From a virus (taxonomy: Duplodnaviria; Caudoviricetes), in IMG/VR virus record IMGVR_UViG_3300027668_000016, positions 1,718-65,717 of that record: DNA of 64,000 bases; one strand, written 5' to 3'. Positions within the stretch are counted from its first letter, which is position 1. The number at the start of each line of letters is the position of its first letter. Under the pieces are notes generated by a model. That model saw nothing but the letters and a program-made list of their open reading frames with translations, had not been told where the DNA came from and ran no database searches. This document shows positions 20,501 to 30,600 of the stretch, in pieces. The translations under genes and the position numbers were made by a program.

Positions 20501-20763
20501 GTTGGTAGTAAATTTGATAATTCTTTTAGGAACGTTTGAGTCATCTCTATAACTTCAGGAGTCATATCCGTTTTAGCGTGAACTATATCACCTGCTAATA
20601 CTATAATTGAATCTTCCGTTTTTGTTTCTAAAATGTATTTATATAGATTCTTAAATACATCTCTATATTCCGAGTGTCTTTTTAAATTTCTAATATGTAC
20701 ATCTGCTATATGGTAAATCTTATTTACCTTCCCATTATACTTAATCTTAGTTATATTTCTCAT
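17590..20763 (-). CDS. Fused Mre11/SbcD nuclease + Rad50/SbcC ATPase (gp47-gp46 fusion)
   Basis: DVH, GDIVH, GNHD, GDIH phosphoesterase motifs; Walker A APNASGKS, CEHC zinc hook, SGME signature, IDEGFGSLD, ISH. Confidence 0.93.
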   Translation of the reverse strand: MRNITKIKYNGKVNKIYHIADVHIRNLKRHSEYRDVFKNLYKYILETKTEDSIIVLAGDIVHAKTDMTPEVIEMTQTFLKELSNLLPTVLIPGNHDANLNNPSRLDALSPIVNALNHSNLHYLKDDGVWSMGGLTFSHSSVFGESKEIIPSDEVNGDYKIALYHGPVDRVETEHGFQIENKNVNVESFDGYDLVLLGDIHVPNQSLNSEGTIKYCGSTIMQNHGEAKYPEHGILVWDVSTKESEFVPIHNDYGYVTVDVDGGKIVGNPIIPNKPRMRVRVKDTTQSDLKTILADIRVGRKVQEVAIQKVITDTKDSTGSTSVILQNVRDVGFQNKLIEDFLSDRFVVSDEHLEVIRNINNDINSKLSPAVGMKNIIWKPKTFEFSNMFSYASNNTIDFSQMKGTYGIFAPNASGKSSLWDALSFCIFDKCSRTTKALDVLNYSKNSFECKFNFEINGVDYFIERIATKSPKRGTVKVDVNFFRINEDGSNESLNGEERRDTNSMIRQYVGSYEDFTLTAMSNQSNNSGFIEKTQKERKELLAQFLDMDVFEELYFVANEEIKELSALLKDYKNQNFTEKLSEAKDSLVENESVLSEVQSTLDTHRESKVKVTSQIELLILKLISVDSTIINIDKLHTLNKSLGSNLKSKSNECTGYTDSLVLMLDKLSKIESEFESYDLIDLKLKYVNFEKFTKIKDYLQEDLDTTNTEILHKQKHLDGIGSLSFDDNCEHCIANKNTPFAKQAQSLEIEIKDLLKHKKTKQLEFDEACINKAKFDVSDILSKVNNLQISIDDYENKIDKLELESKSCNLELTELQTRIGTVNADIQKSTEQKESVEYNSKIQLEIDSMKRHLKQIDNLIDETNDELIDISGNIRIAKNTIETVNDSINKLDYMERKYEGYEYYLKCVKRDGIPYELISDVLPKLEVEINNILQPIVDFQILLNTDGKNINSYIAYASEEFWPLELTSGMEKFISSVAIRTALINVSNLPRPNFIAIDEGFGSLDSDNFNSLYLLFDYLKSQFDFLVTISHIDKTRDMVDQIIDISKVDGFSSIRYL

Positions 20764-21692
20764 ACACCCATTAGCTTATACTCCATCAATTTAGTTAGAG
20801 TAAGTTCTTTTGTATTTTTCATTAATTTGTAAAAATCATCAAATCCCATTTCAGATGGGTCTGAATCTTTAAGTTCTATTATGTGCACATTAACACCTTC
20901 ATTCATTAGGTTTTGTGCAAATCTTAATGCGTTAGTGAACGCATCCGAATCTAATGCGATGTAAATCTTTTTTACACCTTTACCGATTATCTTCTTTTGT
21001 AGTTCTGATTGTGGTGATTTACCGAATAGTGGTATTGCGTTCATTCGTATTGCAATTGCATCATAAACACCCTCACATATAACAATTGGTAAATCCCAAT
21101 TAACAAGCATATCAAATCCTACTACATCTTTAGATACAGTTGGGTTCTTATGTTTGTATGCGGTATCATAAAAACTTCTACCTACGAAATAATTCAATCT
21201 ACCATTAAAATCATATGATGGTACAATTATTTTATGTTTATAATCACCATCCTCACAATACCCAATACTATACTTTATAATATCAGCTGCTGAAACTCCA
21301 CGCTGTTCTAAATAACGAAGTGCATGTTTTCTAATAACTGAGGTAGATGGTTTCCATAATGGTTGGTATTCGGATGGTAACTGAACTACCTTAGATTGCT
21401 CGGTAGTTGAATCAGTTTTGTATTTATATTTCTTACTGAATATGGAATTGTGCTCATCCCAAACATCTTTAGATACCTTTAACTTTCTGAATAATGAGTT
21501 TATCGTTTTACCCTTTTCATCGGATATCCAACAATGCCAAGGATTATTACCTTCAGCGTTTAACTCAATGTTTATCTCTAACTTTGGTTTGTAGTGTTCT
21601 ACAAATGGAGAATAAAAGGCATAGTTATTTCCTGATGTTTTCTTTGAAACACCTATCACCGATTCCAACAATGTTAATAATCTATCTTCCAT
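20760..21692 (-). CDS. DnaG-like DNA primase (T4 gp61-like)
   Basis: TOPRIM motifs CEGVYDA and ALDSDA, plus YLEQRG, GRS and DPSE; likely start MEDRLL at 21692. Confidence 0.9.
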   Translation of the reverse strand: MEDRLLTLLESVIGVSKKTSGNNYAFYSPFVEHYKPKLEINIELNAEGNNPWHCWISDEKGKTINSLFRKLKVSKDVWDEHNSIFSKKYKYKTDSTTEQSKVVQLPSEYQPLWKPSTSVIRKHALRYLEQRGVSAADIIKYSIGYCEDGDYKHKIIVPSYDFNGRLNYFVGRSFYDTAYKHKNPTVSKDVVGFDMLVNWDLPIVICEGVYDAIAIRMNAIPLFGKSPQSELQKKIIGKGVKKIYIALDSDAFTNALRFAQNLMNEGVNVHIIELKDSDPSEMGFDDFYKLMKNTKELTLTKLMEYKLMGV

Positions 21693-21722
21693 ATAGGAAC
21701 AAATATACAAATAATAATTGGA

Positions 21723-22145
21723 TTAACCAAAGAAATTCACACTTTCTTTTTCATCTATCCATTCTTGAGGTATTTCCTTACCAGCCCATTTGAAACCGTG
21801 CTTATCACACCATTGGGAATATGTGGTTTTAGAACCCTTATATATTTTACCATTTGGGGATTGTAAAACAAATCTTAAATCTATATCAGGATTCTGCTCT
21901 TTAATAAGTAAATGCTTCTTTCTATCTTCTGGAAGAAACCAACCTTTCGACTCGATGAAGATACCATTAGGTAATCTAAAGTCAGGTTTGTAAGTATGAT
22001 TTGTTTGTGGTATGATGTACTTTACTTCGTGTTGTTCGTATTCACCATCAATACCTTTAGATGATAGTTGTTCATCAATTCGTGTCTCAAGCCCACTTTT
22101 GTGGCCTTTTGACTTTTGGATGTGACTCCAATTACCTTTTGCCAT
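21723..22145 (-). CDS. T7 gp3-type endonuclease I (Holliday junction resolvase)
   Basis: SGLE, YKPDFRLPNGIFIESKG, DRKKHLLIK..P.DLRFV, KGSKTTY..WC.KHGF. Confidence 0.93.
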   Translation of the reverse strand: MAKGNWSHIQKSKGHKSGLETRIDEQLSSKGIDGEYEQHEVKYIIPQTNHTYKPDFRLPNGIFIESKGWFLPEDRKKHLLIKEQNPDIDLRFVLQSPNGKIYKGSKTTYSQWCDKHGFKWAGKEIPQEWIDEKESVNFFG

Positions 22146-22148
22146 AAC

Positions 22149-24005
22149 TTAATTTTTATTTATTTGTCTATTCCAAACGAATTTTCCACTATTGGTACTA
22201 TCTTCACTTATCGTATAATTAATTGATTCACTTAAAAACTTATCAATTACAACAGGCTTTCCAAATGCACCATCTAAGTCAAATCTAACCTTTACTGTGA
22301 TATCAGCATCATCTCTATTTTTGATAGTGGTTGCAAGTTTACCTACTGCTATTAATTCAAATTCTTTATTGTACAATCCTATTGTTGTAAAATAATTATT
22401 AAAATCTGAACCTGTAACGAATGGTTTTAGTAATTCGGAGTTAACATCGTTATTTTTTCTTAATGTAGGATTCTGTGATATAATAAATTCATTTCGATTA
22501 ACTTCACATAAAACTGATGTTTCAAATAGTTTTTTTGTTGATTTGTATTTTGTTGTGAATCCGAAGTTTTGTCCATAATCCCAATTACCAGTCGCACCAA
22601 CCATAACATTTTTATATTTAGGTCGGGGGTCTGATACTACTGCTATACCATGATTGTAAAAAACTTCCCCAACTATATCACTTTGATATGCCGAACCAGT
22701 TCTCCAATCGTTATCTGATAATCCTATGATTTCGGTTTCGGTTAATGAACGTCTATACATTCTAACCTCATCTAATGAGCCTGTTAATGTGTTGAATTCC
22801 TCACCGACATCAAATACACCCTCAGATGTAAATTTAGAACCTAATAATATATCATAATCATTCCATACATCACCTCTAAGATTTATTGAAGATGATGATT
22901 CTTTAGTACCATCAACCCATAATTCTAAAAGAGAGCCATTTTTATTAAGTACAACGTGATGTTGTCCATCATTTACAAGTGTAGTTGATGTAGCTAATGG
23001 AGTTCTAATTCCATCTGACATTGATATTACAACCTTACCATTATTAGATGTGTTTTGATTGTAAACCTTTACATCATATGGGAATATTGGACTTTCTATA
23101 TTTCTACGTCTTGTAACATCATTTAATTTCTTATCTTTTCCATAATCTAAAAAAGTACCACGTTTATTTAAAATCCAATTGTAATCTTCGGATGCATCAG
23201 ATTGTGATGCTGGTAAATCAGTCCATAATGAAATTGCGTAATCATTACCTTTTACAAAATTATATATAGGTTTCTGTTTGATTAGGATATACGAATCAGT
23301 ACCATTGAATTTTACTGATGTGCCTGATGCTATGGATGCAGTACCTGATGTAAGAATACCTGGCTCATATACTAAGTTTTTACCTGTTGCGTGATTTGTA
23401 TAACCACTTCTATCAAATATAACTTTATCTAAGCTAGTACTACGAGGTACTACCTCATCGTTAAATCCCCAATAACCAACTAATGATGCGAATGGAACAT
23501 ATGAACTTGTATTTAATACAGTATCGGTAAGATACCCATGATACTCATCAATCTTTCTATCAATAATAGTGAATCCAGAACCAAGTAGGTTATAAGTTGA
23601 TATATCACTTATGTTTACACTTAAAGGTTTTATACCATCACCCAATCTGTTATGTGGGATTGAAAATATAGAAGCTGATGTGTAGAGGTCTCTCTCATTA
23701 TTAGTTCTGTGTTTAAAAAACATTTGATTTAAACCAGACCAAATAACCTTCTGTTCCTTAGATGCTAGAAATGTAGTACTATTAGAATTAGAATTATCTA
23801 ACTGTGTTGAATCAGCAACAGCCTCATTATCAACAGATGATGATAGAGGTACTTTTTCATTGTATAGTGGTGATATGCCTTTTAATATAGACATATCATA
23901 TTCAGCCTGACGGTAATTACTATCAGTCACCACCCATCTTTTATGAGCGTTGTATGGGTATTGTTGTAACCCACCCCCGTTTATGGGTTTGTAAGCATCT
24001 GCCAT
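22149..24005 (-). CDS. Virion protein with LamG/ConA-like domain and baseplate/tail-collar-type C-terminus
   Basis: LVGYWGF..DRSG, FNGTDSYI, HHVV..LWVDG, GSLDEVRMY.RSLT; C-terminal TTIGLY..ELIAVGKL...VRFD. Confidence 0.8.
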   Translation of the reverse strand: MADAYKPINGGGLQQYPYNAHKRWVVTDSNYRQAEYDMSILKGISPLYNEKVPLSSSVDNEAVADSTQLDNSNSNSTTFLASKEQKVIWSGLNQMFFKHRTNNERDLYTSASIFSIPHNRLGDGIKPLSVNISDISTYNLLGSGFTIIDRKIDEYHGYLTDTVLNTSSYVPFASLVGYWGFNDEVVPRSTSLDKVIFDRSGYTNHATGKNLVYEPGILTSGTASIASGTSVKFNGTDSYILIKQKPIYNFVKGNDYAISLWTDLPASQSDASEDYNWILNKRGTFLDYGKDKKLNDVTRRRNIESPIFPYDVKVYNQNTSNNGKVVISMSDGIRTPLATSTTLVNDGQHHVVLNKNGSLLELWVDGTKESSSSINLRGDVWNDYDILLGSKFTSEGVFDVGEEFNTLTGSLDEVRMYRRSLTETEIIGLSDNDWRTGSAYQSDIVGEVFYNHGIAVVSDPRPKYKNVMVGATGNWDYGQNFGFTTKYKSTKKLFETSVLCEVNRNEFIISQNPTLRKNNDVNSELLKPFVTGSDFNNYFTTIGLYNKEFELIAVGKLATTIKNRDDADITVKVRFDLDGAFGKPVVIDKFLSESINYTISEDSTNSGKFVWNRQINKN

Positions 24006-24074
24006 ATATTAATCCTTAGATTCTATTATAAATATGAATTTATAATTTATTAATACTGATATATGATTATAAAC

Positions 24075-24115
24075 AAAAAATGCCGTAAACATAATTAAAC
24101 ACTTACGGCATTTTT
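24075..24115 (-). terminator. Intrinsic terminator
   Basis: Inverted repeat aaaaatgccgtaa...ttacggcattttt just downstream of the 24136..25218 gene. Confidence 0.7.
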
Positions 24116-24135
24116 GAATTATATGTTCTTAGTAA

Positions 24136-25218
24136 TTAGAAGTCTAACTTTACCTTCACAAGAACTTCTGATGAAAATGATTTCAAAATTGGTTGTGATA
24201 ATTTAGCAACTGCTAATAATTCTTGCATACTACTATATAAACCAACAGTAGTTATGTATGCTTTAGGATTGTTTACAAATGTTGGTTGGTTGAATGCTCC
24301 ATTTGAACCTGTCACAAATGATGGGTTGTTTGAGAAGTTGTACTCAGCGTTTTTAGCTCTTACAAAATAAAACGTTGATTGTACTTTTTCTTCGTTTCTT
24401 GCTGCAAACCCATATGTAGAATTTATGGCGGCTGCCCCACTAATAGATGTATGTAACTTAAATGCATTATCACCATTAATGTTTGAACCACTAACAGTTC
24501 CGAAATCTAACTCTGTATTTAAAGTATCTGCGTTTAAAATAACAACACCTTGTTCTGGGAATACTGAACCAAAATATGTTTTTGGTGAGTAAACTCCATT
24601 TGCAATAGAACCTGATACTAAGTTGTATGTTCTACCTATTTGAGTTGCCGATTGTAGTGAATCAGCTGAATCATCAATTAACGTTACTACTTTAAGTCCA
24701 ACTGAAACTTCAACGTTAGAACCTGTATGATAAATGTTAGGAGTTAAACTACCACTTAATGTTGCTAATCCTATTTGGAAATTACCTGGGTCTAATCTAT
24801 CTTTTAATCTGGCACGATTCATATTGATAGCGTATATATGCTCCGATGCAATATTATTAAATTTAAATGTTCTAACATTATCATCAAGTAGAATTTGTGC
24901 ATATTGTGAGTAAATAGCATTTGAAGGAGAATCTTCATTAGTTCCTAAAGAACCACTACCAGCGTTATGCCCGTATGTTACTGAAAACTGTGCTTCAGAT
25001 GTTGCTAATGATGAAACCCCATTAAAAACTTCATAGTAATATGATTTCTGAATTGCTGATTGAGCTGATGATGTATGAAATGATGTTAATGTACCTACAT
25101 TACCACTCCATAACCCTCTAGTGACTCTTTCAACTCCACCTTCAACTACATCACCTACTTTAAATGCCGTATATACTCTTCTTTGTGTATTAAACGAACC
25201 TGCTGGTAAAATTGCCAT
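24136..25218 (-). CDS. Virion structural protein (tail/baseplate)
   Basis: C-terminal YITTVGLY..ELLAVAKLSQPI..VKLDF, paralogous to the C-terminus of 22149..24005. Confidence 0.75.
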   Translation of the reverse strand: MAILPAGSFNTQRRVYTAFKVGDVVEGGVERVTRGLWSGNVGTLTSFHTSSAQSAIQKSYYYEVFNGVSSLATSEAQFSVTYGHNAGSGSLGTNEDSPSNAIYSQYAQILLDDNVRTFKFNNIASEHIYAINMNRARLKDRLDPGNFQIGLATLSGSLTPNIYHTGSNVEVSVGLKVVTLIDDSADSLQSATQIGRTYNLVSGSIANGVYSPKTYFGSVFPEQGVVILNADTLNTELDFGTVSGSNINGDNAFKLHTSISGAAAINSTYGFAARNEEKVQSTFYFVRAKNAEYNFSNNPSFVTGSNGAFNQPTFVNNPKAYITTVGLYSSMQELLAVAKLSQPILKSFSSEVLVKVKLDF

Positions 25219-25241
25219 ATTTATTTCCTTTTAGTATTTTT

Positions 25242-25901
25242 TTATAGTCCTAATGTGTTATTAGCAAACCCATTAATTTCTGTGTTATCTGTAATGGTTA
25301 AATCAATTTCAGTACTTCCACCTGTTTCATTTCCAACTACAATAAGTTTAGTTGAAATATTTATATTATCAGCTAATATTTTAGATGTAATTGTAAATGT
25401 TGTGCCTGTACTTATTGAAACACTACGTCTATCTTCGTTTGCACCAACTACATCTGTGTTGTTTGCAACACCTTTACCATCACCAACTATGTTAGCTGCA
25501 TCTGAGTTAAGTAGTGTAACTGTATACCCAAGTGTATTTGCACCGTTTATAGTATTACAAGTTACGACTTGTGTTTTACTACCCTCTTCTATAGTAATAG
25601 AGGCTGGATTAGTTGATACAATTGGAATTCTGATTGTATTTTTTGGTAACGTTAAGAGTTTGTATCTTAATGAATAGTTCTCATCGGTTACTGCTTCTAC
25701 GATTGGCATATTCTCTATGATTACACCATAGTAATCTGACCCGAGTGGGTGTGCTGGATTCCATAATTCGTAATCTACTTCATCATCTGCTAATGCAAAT
25801 TGACTAATTACAAAGAAGTCTCGCCCTTTTGATAACAACTCTCTACCCTTTTTAGTAAGAATTGCATCTACTGTTATCGATGAATTATCTAAATATCCCA
25901 T
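25242..25901 (-). CDS. Virion structural protein
   Basis: MGYLDNSSITVDAILTKKGRELL...FALADDEVDY; lies in the structural block behind an ATATTTAT motif. Confidence 0.7.
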   Translation of the reverse strand: MGYLDNSSITVDAILTKKGRELLSKGRDFFVISQFALADDEVDYELWNPAHPLGSDYYGVIIENMPIVEAVTDENYSLRYKLLTLPKNTIRIPIVSTNPASITIEEGSKTQVVTCNTINGANTLGYTVTLLNSDAANIVGDGKGVANNTDVVGANEDRRSVSISTGTTFTITSKILADNINISTKLIVVGNETGGSTEIDLTITDNTEINGFANNTLGL

Positions 25902-25999
25902 ATTGTTTGCCTTTTACGTTTTCTGTATTTGTAATAAATATGTAAATAAATCTTTTTAAACTAATTTTAAAAGAATATCCATTTTTATCTACTGTTATT

Positions 26000-27592
26000 T
26001 TAAATATTGTTATTATTTAAGTTTATTAATTGAGTTTCTACCGCATCGATTGCAGTTCGAAGTTTTGACTCTGCTATTTTTTCAGTTATATAAAATCCTT
26101 CAACTTCATCAGATTCCATTGATTCTTTAAGTTTTAATAATTCAAGCTGTCGTTCTTCCGTCAAACCCATGTCAGTTTCAACAGTATCTCGTATCAATAT
26201 ATCATTTGGATTTAATTGTGAATCAATATCAAAATCGGAATCAGTACTTTCGATAATATCTCTATGAGGTACTACCTTCCTACCTAACTTACGTTCTAAA
26301 TCATTTATTTCTTTTCTGCTACGTTCTACATCTGTCATATTATTTAAATCTAAATTTTCTTCGGATTCTTCTATCATATCATCACTTACAGTATCTTCAA
26401 AAATATCCTGTTGCTCTTCATCTCTGAGTTCATTATATTTTAATGCACGTTCTTCGGCCTTTCTTGCAAGTTCATCCTGACGTCTTTTTCTATTTTTAGC
26501 TCTTCGTCTGAGCTGAAGTGTTTTAAATCGTTTCTTTTCTACCTCAATACTGATTTTTAAATCTTCTTTTTCTTTTGGGGTAGTGATATCGTTACGGATA
26601 AACATCGGGTACTCTGATTGCATTAGCAAATCAAATTCCGATTGTAAGTTCTTTATATATTCATCAAACTCAAGTTTAGTTTGTGGTTCATCTCCAATTA
26701 ATATATCAATTGCAATCCTACGTTCATCTTCTGTATTTCTACGGATGAGGTCATTATCTAAGAATTCCATTCGTTCTGTAAACGATTTCAATTCGTATCC
26801 GTTACGAACTACTATACCTTGACTTAATAACAATTTAATACGCCGATTTCGGATACGTTGAGCTTCAGTTAATCCTTCTAACTCTGTGGCTTTGAGTTTT
26901 GCTTCTTTATCAGATGCGGCCTGTTTTGCTTTTTCTTCAGATGCTTTAATAAGTTCTAATGCAGCTTTATCTTCTTCTGCCTTTTTTATGAGTAACTCAG
27001 CTGCTATAATTTTTGCGTTTTCTTCGGCGGCCTTTCTTTCATCAGCTAAACGATTTCGTCTAAGGGCATCTTCTCCCATCTGTGTTTTTAATAAGGATTG
27101 TGCTGCTGCAGCCTTTCGCTTTGCATCCAATGCCTTAAAGCGCTCCGCTTGTGCTTCTTGCTGTTCGGTTTGTATTTTATTAAGGAATCCATTAACAAAC
27201 TTGATAAGTGTATCATCAGTATCTCCTAATTGAATTAACCTATGTTGTTCTTTCTGCAAATCAGCTGATGAAAACTTTTCATATTTAGCATTCCATTGTG
27301 CGAGTTGAGCCGATTTACTTAGGGGTTCAATATTTTTTTTACCAATATTTAATAAACCACCTTTCTTATCATCACCACGACTCTCAGTAGATTTTGCTGC
27401 GTTTTTAGCTTTTGCATCATTTTCCATTTCTAATCTAGCTCTGGCAGCTGCGGTGGTATCGTTTGATATTTGGGTAGAATTACCACCACCATCATTTCCA
27501 TCACCATTAATGTTAGCGGCTATAAATTCATCAAGCGAACCATTGAATCTTCCTTCTGCTATTGCCAATGTATATTGTTCTTGTTCATTCAT
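26000..27592 (-). CDS. Charged coiled-coil hypothetical protein
   Basis: 530-aa E/K/A/R-rich ORF inside the baseplate block. Confidence 0.6.
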   Translation of the reverse strand: MNEQEQYTLAIAEGRFNGSLDEFIAANINGDGNDGGGNSTQISNDTTAAARARLEMENDAKAKNAAKSTESRGDDKKGGLLNIGKKNIEPLSKSAQLAQWNAKYEKFSSADLQKEQHRLIQLGDTDDTLIKFVNGFLNKIQTEQQEAQAERFKALDAKRKAAAAQSLLKTQMGEDALRRNRLADERKAAEENAKIIAAELLIKKAEEDKAALELIKASEEKAKQAASDKEAKLKATELEGLTEAQRIRNRRIKLLLSQGIVVRNGYELKSFTERMEFLDNDLIRRNTEDERRIAIDILIGDEPQTKLEFDEYIKNLQSEFDLLMQSEYPMFIRNDITTPKEKEDLKISIEVEKKRFKTLQLRRRAKNRKRRQDELARKAEERALKYNELRDEEQQDIFEDTVSDDMIEESEENLDLNNMTDVERSRKEINDLERKLGRKVVPHRDIIESTDSDFDIDSQLNPNDILIRDTVETDMGLTEERQLELLKLKESMESDEVEGFYITEKIAESKLRTAIDAVETQLINLNNNNI

Positions 27593-27623
27593 AATGCTAT
27601 CTTATTATTTGATGTTATCATAA

Positions 27624-30600
27624 TTACTTTGCCATTTCGTATACCAATGCAATTGAATTAGCTTCTGATATTAATAACGGGTCGGTAGTGGAGTTACTAA
27701 TGAATTTTATAGGACCTTCTGGTGCTGTGTTAAATGCATATTCTAATAATAGTAATTCAGTTTGCCTATCATCGGTAATAGCCATTGATTTAAAATATTT
27801 ATTCTTTTCATCTTCATCAAACTTCATATTTATAAATTCTATGGATTCTTTGAATCGATTGGTTTGCTGATTACCCATAAATTTTGGTAATGGTTTATCA
27901 TTGGTAACAACCGATTGGTCTGTGTTACCTAAATTACCGATTTCAGTTTGTTCAATTCTATCTCTTTCTTCTTGCTCAATTCTATCTCTTTCTTCATCAT
28001 TCTCATCGAATGTATCAAGACCTTTATTAACAGTATCAAACTCAACCCTTCTAAGGTCTTCATATTCACGCCGTATCTCATCAGTTTTGATTCTAGAAGT
28101 AAACTCAGCTCTACGAGTGTTTTCAATACTAACCAACTTACCAATCCTTTGTCTGAATGCTGCTTTCTCATCGTTGTATTCTTTTAAAAGTTGATGCTTC
28201 ACAAACTCCCATACATACAATTCTTGCAAATCTATAAATGTAGCTGGTTGATTCGTTAAACTACCTACTGATAAGTTTCCACCAGCGGCGGTTGTTGATG
28301 TATAGATTAGTACATTAGCATCTGCTGCAAATATTTCTATTACAGGCTTTCCATCAGGTGTATCCGGCGAATTCGTTGTTAATGAATCTGATGTCATCTT
28401 ACACCCGAAGAATGTTAGATTCTCCATTGCGAAGGATTTCTCATCTGATGATACTGATGATGGTACTAATGATGATGAAGATGGTAACCCTAATGATGCA
28501 GATAATCGTGTACTATAAAAAAGAACCTTAGTTTTTGCGTATTTAGATGGTTTAGCGTTTATTGCTGTAGATGATGTTACATTATAATTCCAATATCCAT
28601 TTGTTTCTGCTTTCCACCCAGCCCCATAACCAATATTAGTAGCTGATGATGTTGCGACCAATATAGTGTATTTATATATTGATGGTGCATACATATCTTT
28701 AATTTGAGGATTTCCAATTGATTCTAGATTATCTTTTGTAGATACAACTGTATCAGTATCAATTGGAGTTAACGTAAAATTGTAATCATTGTATGTTACA
28801 GTAGGTAGTTTTAATGGTTCTAATACCAAAGCCTCATGCTGTTGTAAATGTTTGGTGATTGGAACTTTTACTACTTCATCTATTACGACCGAATATTCAT
28901 TGTAATCGCTAGTAAGTGTTTTCTCATATTGTTTTAATGTTACATCATAATGCGGTTGTGTATATGTTACATTTGTTTTAGATTTAAATTTAGGTCGTTC
29001 TAAAATATGTGGTTCAATTAAGATACCCGAATTGTAATCAACTCTAGCCGGCATAGTCTGTCTAATCTGTTCAAATACAGATTGGTCATATCTTGCTAAT
29101 ATATTAATTACAGTATTTATTAAATTTTTAGAAGTATATTTTTTAAATACATTTCTTCTTAAATAATCTAATTCTTCATTCTGCTCATTAAGTCCTTCTC
29201 TTCTATCAGGATTACCAATATAATCATCTATCTCAAAATAACCGGTATGATTGTAGATATCTTCGTTGTACATTTTTGTAGCAGAAAGATATACACCAAC
29301 TTGATTTGAATCAACAGGTGAAGTATCATATTGTGATTTTTCCTTTTTCTTATCAGAATCTAATACCCCATTCAATGAACTTTGTTCAATTCTAACTTTA
29401 TTGTTCATTATATTGTTAGCTCCAGCAGAAGGAACTTTTGTATAATATTCTTCAGTAACACCTCTCAAATCATCAGCTTCAAAATTGAAAAGTGATGCCG
29501 TTAATGGGCTACCGTTCTCAGATGTAAGTATATTTCTATTTGGATGTGATGATACTATACTATAAGCGCTAGTTACACTTTTCAATTGAGAATCAGGAAT
29601 AAACCTAAATTTCAAATCAAAGTAAGATGATGTTGCTGAATTACCATGATACGTTTCTCTCGATAGTGTATGTTCATCTACAACTATATCTTTTAATGGA
29701 TTTGCCCAATATCTAATCTCTTGTATAGAACCACTTAAATATTCAGCTGCGTTCCAAAGAGTTAATCCAGTAGCGGTTGGTAAATCTTTACCAATAGTTA
29801 AATTATCACTACCAGTCCAAGCTGCATTGTATGATGATTCAGTAGAACCATCAACTGAAATACTAGCTGATTTATTTGTAATGATATCATCTTTTCTACT
29901 TCTACGATATTGTATTTTGTAAGTGTTATCTGCGGTTATATCATCAACTGAAGATTCTCTTTGTACTAATAACGTACTCATAGTTGAATCAAATACCATA
30001 ACATCATTGATAGATGCTGATTTATATCCAGCACTACCACTTAGAAAAAAGTGAATATTACCTCTACCAGCTCTAGATGAGTTTGGCTCTAATACAACTC
30101 CGAAATCCAATCCCTTATTTAATACTGCAGTTGTTCTACTTAAATTTTGTTGAATTTGGATTTCTATTGTATCAACTGGGTTTGGGTCGTTTACTGAATA
30201 TGTAGTAGAATCTACATCAGTTATTTTATCCCAAGGAAGTGTAATATAATTATCAGTGTCAAATCTTAAATGATATACAAACTTATCGTGTTCCCATATT
30301 GGTCTAACATCTTCAACCATTGGACCACCATACTCTTTAATAGATAGAAATGTTTGTGGGATACCATATGTTGCAATTAATGCTTTTACTGCTCTAGCAG
30401 AACCTTTTGATTTTAATAAGTAAGGTATGTTGTTTACAACTCTACGCCAAACTTCATAATTAATTTGTTCATGTGATTTTGATTTCAATGAACCACTTTG
30501 TGCAGGTACACCTTCCTGGTTTGTTCCTAATGCGTAATCCCAAAGGTTAGATGTATCCTTACCATGAGTTAGTTTCCAACCCATTGATTTTGCTACATCA

